Below the pieces are notes generated by a model. The model was not told the DNA's origin. It was given only the letters and a program-made list of their open reading frames with translations, and did no database searches. A stretch of 62,050 bases of DNA from Clostridiaceae bacterium (GTDB lineage Bacteria > Bacillota > Clostridia > Lutisporales > Lutisporaceae): NCBI GenBank assembly GCA_041690515.1, contig JAWLHF010000001.1, forward strand, positions 1 through 62,050. Direction: 5' to 3'. This document shows, piece after piece, positions 1 to 7,457 of this stretch. Position 1 is the stretch's first letter, and each line of letters begins with the position of its first letter. A program made the position numbers and the translations under genes.

Positions 1-1
1 G

Positions 2-685
2 GTGCCAAAGCACATAACAAAAGCTATTGCAGGCTTCTCAACAGAAGCTGTTCTGGGCGCCCTGGGCAACAAGCTGGATCCTCTGGTGGATGTAATTGCC
101 GCTGGAAAAATAAAAGGTGTTGTCGCTCTTGCCAACTGTTCGACATTGAGAAACGGGCCTCAGGACTGGATGACTGTGAATCTTGTGAAGGAGCTTATAT
201 ACAAAGACATACTGGTTGTATCCGGAGGCTGCGGCAACCATGCACTTGAGGTAGCCGGACTTTGCAATCTGGATGCCATAAACATGGCCGGAGATGGGCT
301 GAAGGAAGTGTGCAGCATGCTCAAGATCCCTCCGGTGTTGAGCTTTGGAACCTGCACCGATACAGGCAGGATATCCATGCTTGTCACGGCACTGGCAGAC
401 CATCTGGATGCAGATATACCTCAGCTTCCCATTGCTGTCACCGCACCGGAATGGATGGAGCAGAAAGCAACCATAGACGGTTTCTTTGCCGTAGCATACG
501 GAGCATACACTCATTTGTCTCCCACACCTTTTGTCACAGGAGCACCTGCGCTGGTCAAGCTGCTTACCGAGGATGTGGAAGGACTGACCGGAGGCAAGGT
601 TGCTCTCGGTGATGATCCGGTAAAGGTGGCAAGTGATATTGAGGCACATATTATTTCAAAGAGAAAGGGTCTGGGGTTGAGTTAA
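2..685 (+). CDS. cooS: Anaerobic carbon-monoxide dehydrogenase catalytic subunit (CooS family), C-terminal part; the 5' end lies outside the window
   Basis: The ORF is open from the window edge. The C-terminal sequence (SGGCGNHALE, SFGTCTDTGR, TAPEWMEQKATIDG) matches my recollection of Ni-CODH catalytic subunits. It ends in TAA and is followed by palindromic repeats. Confidence 0.7.
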   Translation: MPKHITKAIAGFSTEAVLGALGNKLDPLVDVIAAGKIKGVVALANCSTLRNGPQDWMTVNLVKELIYKDILVVSGGCGNHALEVAGLCNLDAINMAGDGLKEVCSMLKIPPVLSFGTCTDTGRISMLVTALADHLDADIPQLPIAVTAPEWMEQKATIDGFFAVAYGAYTHLSPTPFVTGAPALVKLLTEDVEGLTGGKVALGDDPVKVASDIEAHIISKRKGLGLS

Positions 686-700
686 AGAAGATAAATAGAA

Positions 701-873
701 GAATGTGCAACAAACGGACGGCCAATGGCCGCCCCTACAGTATAATAATGGCAATCCGTAGGGACGGCCATTGGCCGTCCGCATCTTGCACATTCTTCAG
801 GGCAGGCATGGAAACCTGCCCCTACGTATTATTCAACCAAATCACTGGTAGGGGACGGTTTCCATAACCTCCC
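701..873. repeat. Two adjacent nested GC-rich palindromic elements (long imperfect hairpins)
   Basis: gaatgtgcaa..GGACGGCCAATGGCCGCCCCTAC (716-738) pairs with GTAGGGACGGCCATTGGCCGTCC..ttgcacattc (758-796). A second hairpin pairs GGGCAGGCATGGAAACCTGCCCCTAC with GTAGGGGACGGTTTCCATAACCTCCC (799-873). Confidence 0.85.
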
Positions 874-988
874 GTTAATGACACATCATGGTTGTGGCTG
901 GAGTAAAAGTCCTGCGAAGCCCTGCATAAACACTCGAAACTCGCAACAGGACCCCTGAGACATGACCCAGTGCCTGCATCTCACAACC

Positions 989-1013
989 GAAAATGCGACT
1001 GTGTCGCATTTTC
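989..1013 (-). terminator. Hairpin immediately after the stop codon of the small ORF 1014..1355
   Basis: The minus strand reads gaaaatgcgac-acag-gtcgcattttc, a 10-bp stem. The U-tract is only partial. Confidence 0.4.
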
Positions 1014-1355
1014 CTACTGTTCTTCAACAGCCTCTTTTTCCTTTTCCTTTCCGAAAAGTTTTTTTCGCAGGTCCGGATTAAAGAAAATAATGAGTAAAGC
1101 AGCCCAGAGCCACCAGTTGTTGTTCTCGAAGATATTGCCCACCAGTCCGTTAAGCATACCACCGAGCTGTTCCATTGAGGGGACAGCACCGGGGGGGACA
1201 GGCTCTTGCGGTGGTGCTGGAGCCGGAGCAGGGGCGGGTGGCTGCTGCTTTCTTGCATTCTTATAGAATATTCCCGAAAAATCTTCCGGTGGTTTTGCCG
1301 ACCCTCAGCCGGGATTGGGTACTCCGCTCAAGCCGCGGTTAAAACCTCTCGCCAT
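1014..1355 (-). CDS. Small Pro/Gly-rich protein with a C-terminal tiny TM segment (NNNWWLWAALLIIFF), interrupted by an in-frame TGA at 1305-1307 (codon 17); candidate Sec/readthrough ORF or pseudogene
   Basis: A strong RBS (aGGAGGTg) lies 5 nt before the ATG at 1355. Translation is MARGFNRGLSGVPNPG-TGA-GSAKPPEDFSGIFYKNARKQQPPAPAPAPAPPQEPVPPGAVPSMEQLGGMLNGLVGNIFENNNWWLWAALLIIFFNPDLRKKLFGKEKEKEAVEEQ-TAG. The frame stays open for 96 sense codons after the TGA and ends at a hairpin. The ORF is not in the supplied track because of the TGA. Confidence 0.45.
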
Positions 1356-1506
1356 AATCGCACCTCCTTCTGCAGAAGAGGTTGTTCATCATCCTATTTC
1401 CATTGTATGTAATATTGTTCATATGGTTACTGCCTGGGGCATTATGGACAAAACCAAATTGAAACATAAGAGGCAAAATGGTAAGCTATAGGGTAGGAGG
1501 CGATAT

Positions 1507-2592
1507 ATGTTGAGTAAGAAAGTAAATGTTGCGTTGATTGGCTTCGGAATGTCAGGAAGGGTATTTCACGGCCCCATAATCGACAGCATGCCGGAGTTCA
1601 ACCTGGCGAAGATATATACCACCAACCCCGAAAGTATAAGATTAATAAGCAGGCTGTACCCCCAAACCTCCATAGTATCAGATGTGGGAGAAATAATGAA
1701 GGATGAGAGCATACACCTGGTAATAGTAGCCTCCCCCAACAGCAGCCATTTTGCTACCGCAAAGGAAGCCATAATATCAGAGAAGCATGTTGTGGTAGAA
1801 AAGCCTTTTACTGTGACCTCAAAGGAAGCAGATAACCTGATAGCCTTATCAAAAAAGTACGGCAGGCTGCTTTCTGCCTACCACAACAGACGGTGGGACA
1901 GTGATTTTAAGACTGTGAAGAAGGTTGTGGAAAGCAAGCTGCTGGGTAATCTCTCTGAGTGTGAGATGCATTTTGACCGCTTCCGGAATTGCGTGAAGAA
2001 GAACTCCTGGAGAGAGGAATGTGCCCCCGGATCCGGTATAGTATATGATTTGGGTTCCCATCTGGCGGATCAGGCTATGGTCTTGTTCGGACTTCCCGAG
2101 AGCATATATTCCGATATAAGGATACAACGGCCTGAGGGTGAAGCGGATGACAGTTTTGAAATAATATTGGGCTATAAGAATCTGAAGGTGACTTTGAAGG
2201 CGGGAATGCTGATAAGGGGAGAGCTGCCAAAGTACATACTCCTTGGTGATAAGGGTTCATACATAAAATACGGTATGGATACACAGGAGGCAGACCTGGC
2301 GGCAGGATTGACCCCCAATACCAAGAGATATTGGGGTAAAGAGCCGGAAGACATTTATGGAACAATAAGCACAACAATTAATGACATAAATATAACAGGA
2401 AAGGTAGAAAGCGAGTCGGGGGATTACAGGGATTATTACAGAGGCATACTGGATTCCATAAAGACAAAAAAGCCGGCAGAGGTAAGCTCTTTAGAAGCAA
2501 GAAATGTAATAAGGCTTTTGGAACTGGCAAGAGAAAGCAGCAAGAACAAATGCACTATTGAGGTCAAATCTCAGGACGGATGTATATTATAA
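1507..2592 (+). CDS. Gfo/Idh/MocA family NAD(P)-dependent oxidoreductase
   Basis: 361-aa ORF with an N-terminal Rossmann motif (VALIGFGMSGRVFHGP), EKP motif (VVVEKPF) and an RBS (GGAGG) upstream. Confidence 0.8.
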   Translation: MLSKKVNVALIGFGMSGRVFHGPIIDSMPEFNLAKIYTTNPESIRLISRLYPQTSIVSDVGEIMKDESIHLVIVASPNSSHFATAKEAIISEKHVVVEKPFTVTSKEADNLIALSKKYGRLLSAYHNRRWDSDFKTVKKVVESKLLGNLSECEMHFDRFRNCVKKNSWREECAPGSGIVYDLGSHLADQAMVLFGLPESIYSDIRIQRPEGEADDSFEIILGYKNLKVTLKAGMLIRGELPKYILLGDKGSYIKYGMDTQEADLAAGLTPNTKRYWGKEPEDIYGTISTTINDINITGKVESESGDYRDYYRGILDSIKTKKPAEVSSLEARNVIRLLELARESSKNKCTIEVKSQDGCIL

Positions 2593-2693
2593 GAATACTG
2601 TTAAATAATCATGCTCCTTCCTGGGCAGGCAGCTTGGCAACAAGACTGTCTGCACAGGGAGGAGCAGTTTGTTTATTTTGTATTTATTTTTTA

Positions 2694-2722
2694 TTGACTT
2701 TTTATGCTAATAGCAGTAATAT
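2694..2722 (+). promoter_or_regulatory. Sigma-A type promoter of the cadC-cadA-like operon
   Basis: TTGACT (2694-2699), a 17-nt spacer, then TAATAT (2717-2722), directly upstream of the operator palindrome. Confidence 0.5.
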
Positions 2723-2733
2723 TATATTACAAC

Positions 2734-2761
2734 ATATGAACATATATTCATATGTTCATAT
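2734..2761. promoter_or_regulatory. ArsR/SmtB-type operator, a perfect 12-4-12 inverted repeat
   Basis: ATATGAACATAT-attc-ATATGTTCATAT contains the TGAACA..TGTTCA core typical of CadC/CzrA/SmtB operators. It sits between the promoter and the repressor gene. Confidence 0.75.
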
Positions 2762-2779
2762 CGAAATATGGAGGTAATT

Positions 2780-3145
2780 ATGACTGCTGAAAAAACAAGA
2801 ATAGAAAGCTGTAGCTGCTCTTACATTCATGAAGAGGTTGTGATGAAGGTCAGAGAAACCATGCCTCAGGAGGAGACTCTTTATGATCTGGCCGAGTTAT
2901 TCAAGGTTTTTGGTGATAGTACAAGAATAAAGATATTATGTGCATTGTTTGAATCTGAGATGTGCGTATGTGACATAGCTGCACTGCTGTCAATGAACCA
3001 ATCTGCCATATCACACCAGCTCAGAGTTCTAAAACAGGCCAGACTGGTGAAATACAGAAAAGAAGGAAAAGTTGTATATTATTCTCTGGATGATGATCAT
3101 GTTAAGCAGATATTCGACCACGGTCTTGCGCATGTAAACGAGTAA
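2780..3145 (+). CDS. cadC: ArsR/SmtB family metalloregulator, CadC-like (Cd/Pb/Zn sensor type)
   Basis: Winged-helix motif (ELFKVFGDSTRIKIL, SAISHQLRVLK), an alpha3 CVCD motif plus N-terminal Cys residues (ESCSCSY) as in CadC. The GGAGG inside the upstream ATG favours the start at 2780. Confidence 0.8.
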   Translation: MTAEKTRIESCSCSYIHEEVVMKVRETMPQEETLYDLAELFKVFGDSTRIKILCALFESEMCVCDIAALLSMNQSAISHQLRVLKQARLVKYRKEGKVVYYSLDDDHVKQIFDHGLAHVNE

Positions 3146-3180
3146 TAGTATCAATTGCTGTAATAAATGGGGGTAATATT

Positions 3181-5349
3181 GTGAGAAAAATTGAATCAGA
3201 GAAATTCACTTCAAAAGAAGATGAATATGTGCTAAGCAACTATATGCTGGAAGGTCTTGGGTGAGCCAACTGCGCAGCCAAGATGGAGCTTGGCATAAGA
3301 TCCCTGGATGGGGTCAGAAATGCTTCGATCGATTTTGTTACAAAGAGATTAAGGCTTGAGACATATAAGAGTGCTGACAGAGAAAGCTTGATGAAAGAAG
3401 TGAAAGATGTCATTGAAAGGATAGAATCCCATGTGAGGCTTGAAGCTGCAGCAGCATTGGAGAAGGGTAAAACAGCTTCGGAGGCAGAAAGTGTATTGGA
3501 TAGCCATAAACATGAGCTGATGAGGATAGCAGCCGGTGTACTGATACTCTTAGTAGCAGTGCTTTTAAAATTCCCTGAGGGTATTGAGTTAGCATTGTAC
3601 CTGCTCTCATATTTTATTGTCGGCGGAGAAGTGCTTATTAGATCCATAAGGAACATTGCAAAAGGACAGGTTTTTGATGAGAATTTCCTTATGAGTCTGG
3701 CTACCGTTGGTGCCTTTGCCATAGGTGAGTATTCAGAAGGTGTAGCTGTTATGCTTTTTTACCAGGTTGGCGAGCTGTTCCAGGATATGGCTGTAAATCG
3801 CTCAAGAAGGTCGATAAAAGCATTGCTGGATATACGTCCTGATTATGCGAATCTTTACACTGAGGGCAGGCTGGTGCAGGTATCCCCGGAAGCTGTGCAT
3901 GTGGGGGCTAAGATAATAGTGAAGCCGGGAGAGAAGATCCCGCTGGATGGCAGAATAATCGACGGAAGGTCAATGGTGGATACATCTGCCCTGACAGGGG
4001 AGTCGGTACCTAGAGGTGTAGATATCGAGGATGAGGTATTGGCCGGTTTTATTAACAAGAATGGAATGCTTACTGTGGAAGTGACCAGGGAATACGGGGA
4101 GTCCACTGTATCCAAGATACTTGATATGGTGCAGAATGCCAGCAGTAAGAAGTCACCTACGGAAAACTTCATCACGAAGTTTGCCAGGTACTACACACCT
4201 GTAGTTGTATTTACAGCCCTAGTCCTTGCAATTATACCGCCGCTGGCGGTACCGGGGGAAGCATTTAATGACTGGATATACAGAGCATTGATCTTTCTGG
4301 TGGTTTCGTGTCCCTGTGCTCTTGTAATATCCATACCCTTAGGATTTTTTGGAGGGATCGGCTGCGCTTCAAGGAATGGAATACTGATAAAGGGAAGCAG
4401 CTATCTTGAAGCTCTTAATAATATAGATACAGTTGTTTTTGATAAGACAGGAACGCTTACCAAAGGAGTCTTCAAGGTAGCAGAGGTCAAAGCAGTAGGA
4501 GGAATAAGCGGAGAAGAACTGCTCAAATACTCGGCATATGCCGAAAGCTGCTCCACTCATCCCATAGCAGTATCAATTATCAGGGAATATGGAAGAGAAA
4601 TAAAGGCTGAAGAGATTTTGGACTATGAGGAACTGCCGGGTTATGGGGTCAGCGCAACAGCTGAGGGAAGAAAGATAGTTGTCGGCAATGCAAGAATGAT
4701 GCAGAAAGAAAATATAGGATACAAAGCGGTGGATACTATAGGGACAGCAGTGCATGTGGTCATAGATGGCGAATATGCAGGATATATCACAATTGCTGAT
4801 GAGATAAAGGATGATGCTGAGACAGCAGTACGGCTCCTGAAGGATACCGGAGTCAGAAGGACTGTCATGCTTACAGGTGATGTAAGGACTGCAGGGGAGA
4901 AAGTAGCGGAAAAGCTTGGAATTGATGAGGTTTACTCAGAGCTCTTGCCGGATCAGAAGGTGGAAAGGTTGGAAGCGATAGAAAAGGATAAGAGGTCCGG
5001 AGGCAGGATTGCTTTCGCAGGAGACGGGATAAACGATGCTCCTGTCCTGGCAAGAGCTGATATAGGCATAGCAATGGGAGGTCTTGGTTCTGATGCGGCT
5101 ATTGAAGCTGCTGATATTGTGATTATGACTGATGAACCCTCCAAAATAGCAAGCGCCATAAAGATCGCAAAGAGAACCAGGAGGATAGTATGGCAGAATA
5201 TACTGCTTGCCATGGGGGTAAAAGGAATTGTGCTGATTTTGGGAGCGGGTGGAATTGCGACTATGTGGGAAGCGGTTTTTGCCGATGTAGGCGTCGCCCT
5301 AATAGCTGTACTGAATTCCATAAGGGTATTGAACCAGAAAAATATATAG
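3181..5349 (+). CDS. cadA: Heavy-metal (Cd/Zn/Pb-type, CPC) translocating P1B-type ATPase. The N-terminal HMA domain carries TGA (3262-3264) in place of the first Cys of the CxxC motif (candidate selenocysteine, or nonsense mutation with restart at ATG 3283)
   Basis: GTG at 3181 sits 8 nt after GGGGG. The frame is open from 3181 to 5349 except for the TGA. Translation is ...YVLSNYMLEGLG-TGA-ANCAAKMELGIRSLDGVRNASIDFVTKRLRLET (HMA fold). Core motifs present: SCPCALV, FDKTGTLT, GDGINDAP. Confidence 0.85.
3277..3294 (+). promoter_or_regulatory. SECIS-like hairpin 12 nt downstream of the in-frame TGA
   Basis: GCCAAG-AUGGAG-CUUGGC is a 6-bp stem with a 6-nt G-containing loop. The spacing from UGA is compatible with bacterial SECIS geometry. 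This is not proof, because the hairpin is short. Confidence 0.35.
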
Positions 5350-5377
5350 AATACAAAGATTTCTGCAGGAGTATGTC

Positions 5378-5406
5378 GGGACGCCCATTGGGCGTCCGTT
5401 TTTTTA
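5378..5406 (+). terminator. Rho-independent terminator of cadA, built from a GGACGSCCATTGGSCGTCC palindromic unit
   Basis: GGGACGCCCATTGGGCGTCC followed by GTTTTTTT. Confidence 0.8.
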
Positions 5407-5469
5407 CGTATATACAAAGGAACAGGCATATATGGACAAAAATATAATGATAAAAAGGAGGGATTTGTT

Positions 5470-5853
5470 ATGAATACAGACAGTCAAGCTGCACCTGCAC
5501 AGCGGGAAAGGGCGGGTACTGCGGAAGCTGACTTAGCCAGCAGGCTTCTTCTTATAAGTTCAATCATAGTCAATGTAGTAGAAGGGGATAACTTTCTGAT
5601 ATTAGCTTCTTTGATAAGCATTACGGCAGGCATCCTTACCATAAAGGCTGCATATCTGGAATCTGCCGAACAGCAAATAGCTCCGGGAGTAACAACTTTT
5701 GCAAACGGACTGAAGATAATTGGAAGTAATCTGAGTATTGTAGTGTCCTTATTGCTGTTCTGGGCTTTGATTATTGAAGTAAGGATAAAACAGACAGAAC
5801 CGGTAGCTGCTGAGCCTTTATTGGCAGGTTCTTTAGGTGCATTTATGGTATAA
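5470..5853 (+). CDS. Hypothetical small membrane protein
   Basis: 127-aa ORF with a GGAGG RBS and three hydrophobic segments. No recognisable family. Confidence 0.5.
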   Translation: MNTDSQAAPAQRERAGTAEADLASRLLLISSIIVNVVEGDNFLILASLISITAGILTIKAAYLESAEQQIAPGVTTFANGLKIIGSNLSIVVSLLLFWALIIEVRIKQTEPVAAEPLLAGSLGAFMV

Positions 5854-5914
5854 TACTGTAATTAATTACCATTGAATTGGTAATTAAAATTGCTTAAAAT
5901 ATAGACAAGCTGTA

Positions 5915-6030
5915 CTGGTGGCTTAATCCCGAAAGGGAACGGGGGATATTCATGAGGTGAAAGGCGGCACCTGGGGGGACCGCCTGGGGCATACTCTCTG
6001 TCCTAACCTGTCAACTAACCTCGTAAGCAA
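5915..6030 (+). promoter_or_regulatory. Candidate c-di-AMP (ydaO/kimA-type) riboswitch
   Basis: GCTTAATCCCGAAAGGGAACGGGGGA...GGTGAAAGGCGGCACCTGGGGGGACCGCCTGGGGCA...CTAACCTCGTAAGC. The 5' GCUUA pairs with the 3' UAAGC, and ACGGGGGA, CCGCC and CUGGGG blocks are present as in the ydaO motif. It lies upstream of a cell-wall protein gene, a typical context. Confidence 0.6.
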
Positions 6031-6103
6031 ATATAATGTAGAATACAATGCAGATGTGATGTCATTGGGCTTGTGCATTATATGTTGAAAGGAGAGTCAG
6101 TAT

Positions 6104-6862
6104 TTGAAGCCAGGAAAAATTCTAGTATTTTTACTTGTTGTGGTGCTCTGCACTTCATCTGTCACCTTTGCCGATGTACTCAAAAACGGCAGCAGGGGTG
6201 AAGAGGTGAAGAAGCTCCAGACTGAGTTGAAGAAAAAAGGCTATTTTACAGCTGGAGTAACAGGCTACTTTGGTAGTTTGACGGAAGCAGCGGTGAGAAA
6301 GTTCCAAACCAATAGCAAGCTTGCAGTTGACGGAGTGGTTGGAGTAAAAACATCAAAAGCCCTTTTCGGAACATCGGGGACAAGCTCCGGAAAAGTAGAG
6401 CTGCTGGATTGGTGGACCGGTGCATCCAAGGTTTTCAAAATAGGAATGACAGCGAAGGTTACCGATGTAAGAACAGGCAAGACCTTCAATATCGTACGTA
6501 CATATGGCGGCAATCATGCTGATTGTGAGGCCAAAACCACATCGGATTCTAAAAAGATTAAAGAGATCTGGGGCGGCTGGAGTTGGACACGTAGACCGGT
6601 GGTTCTGGAGGTCGACGGACGAAAAATTGCGGCATCAATTGCTGCAATGCCTCATGCAGGGGTAGACAGCTCGCCTGCCAACAAAACCATAAGCAGCAGA
6701 AGCGGTGGTTATGGCAAAGGTGCAAACCTTGACAAAATAAAGAATAATGGTATGAGCGGAGTAATAGATGTACACTTCCTCAACAGCAGAACCCATGGCA
6801 CAAACAAAGTTGACAGCAAACATCAGGCTGCAGTAAAAGAAGCAGCTAAAAACGGTAAATAG
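6104..6862 (+). CDS. Secreted peptidoglycan-binding domain (PG_binding_1) protein with an uncharacterised C-terminal domain
   Basis: TTG start after AAAGGAGAG, a signal peptide, and the motif GSRGEEVKKLQTELKKKGYF...VDGVVGVKT typical of PG-binding repeats. Confidence 0.7.
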   Translation: MKPGKILVFLLVVVLCTSSVTFADVLKNGSRGEEVKKLQTELKKKGYFTAGVTGYFGSLTEAAVRKFQTNSKLAVDGVVGVKTSKALFGTSGTSSGKVELLDWWTGASKVFKIGMTAKVTDVRTGKTFNIVRTYGGNHADCEAKTTSDSKKIKEIWGGWSWTRRPVVLEVDGRKIAASIAAMPHAGVDSSPANKTISSRSGGYGKGANLDKIKNNGMSGVIDVHFLNSRTHGTNKVDSKHQAAVKEAAKNGK

Positions 6863-6876
6863 AAAATTGCAGAAAA

Positions 6877-6909
6877 CCCGGATACATTATTATGCGTATC
6901 CGGGTTTTT
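6877..6909 (+). terminator. Rho-independent terminator
   Basis: CCCGGATAC-loop-GTATCCGGG followed by TTTTT. Confidence 0.8.
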
Positions 6910-7070
6910 GTATCAAATAATATCCTTCTTTGTGATATATATCACAGATTTATCCATCAATTGGGTCTAGAATATAATCAGAAAGGCAGATTGTTGAAGC
7001 GGAAACAGCTTATGTTTAAACGCATTGAGAATGCTATGAAATTCCCATGAATAAGTCGGGAGGTAAAGTT

Positions 7071-7406
7071 ATGATTGAGAAAAGATATGATTTTACTATC
7101 GGTGAAAAAGAGCTTGATGAAAGAATAATTGAGAAAATCGTAGACGATGAAAATGTGACCATAAATCATATGATTCTTCTCAAAAACACAGGGCTGCCTG
7201 AGCATTACTCAAATTCAAACGTATACATGATAATCACAGAAGGGCGGATGTCAATCAGGCTTAATGACGGTGAGACAAGGGAGTATCCCAAAGGAACCAT
7301 ACTGAATATTCCCTATAATACCAAGATGAATGTTAAAAACAATTCTGAGGAGTTGTTGGAGTTTTTCGTTGTCAAAGCCCCTAACCCCAAAGACATGGTG
7401 AAATAG
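7071..7406 (+). CDS. Cupin domain protein
   Basis: About 111 aa with the RBS GGGAGG before ATG 7071. The beta-barrel-like sequence (GLPEHYSNSNVYMIITEGRMSIRL...) suggests a cupin; family-level call only. Confidence 0.55.
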   Translation: MIEKRYDFTIGEKELDERIIEKIVDDENVTINHMILLKNTGLPEHYSNSNVYMIITEGRMSIRLNDGETREYPKGTILNIPYNTKMNVKNNSEELLEFFVVKAPNPKDMVK

Positions 7407-7408
7407 TG

Positions 7409-7445
7409 AGTAAGAGGCCTGACCCCTGAGGTCAGGCCTCTTACT
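7409..7445. terminator. Bidirectional terminator hairpin between convergent genes
   Basis: AGTAAGAGGCCTGACC-cctga-GGTCAGGCCTCTTACT, a 16-bp stem. Confidence 0.75.
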
Positions 7446-7457
7446 GTCTGAAGATGC

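Noticed and set aside
38-649. A 203-aa minus-strand ORF and other long antisense ORFs inside cooS. The same pattern occurs at 14426..15079, 33691..34200, 37678..38181, 39981..40589, 42818..43600, 50900..51448 and elsewhere.
   Set aside because: They lie fully antisense to genes with strong family signatures, have no RBS and give low-complexity, Ser/Leu/Cys-rich translations. They are shadow ORFs.
875-1266. ORF-track entries 875..1258 (-) and 970..1266 (+) over the small-protein locus.
   Set aside because: They lack an RBS and run through the palindromic repeat and terminator. The RBS-supported frame is the TGA-containing one (1355..1014), so these are overlapping out-of-frame artefacts.
1260-1304. 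A SECIS-like hairpin downstream of the TGA in the small ORF.
   Set aside because: Only 3-4-bp stems can be drawn (UCGG..CCGG, CCG..CGG). This is not convincing, so Sec decoding at this site rests on frame continuity and Cys alignment only.
1305-3264. The possibility that TGA is reassigned (genetic code 4/25-like, TGA = Trp/Gly) in this organism.
   Set aside because: TGA terminates many well-defined genes here at expected protein ends: mntP at 9405-9407, the kinase at 13217-13219, nifS at 14518-14520, znuB at 35105-35107, the SBP-like sensor at 47931-47933 and the AraC-type regulator at 51380-51382. Only site-specific recoding or mutation can explain the two in-frame TGAs.
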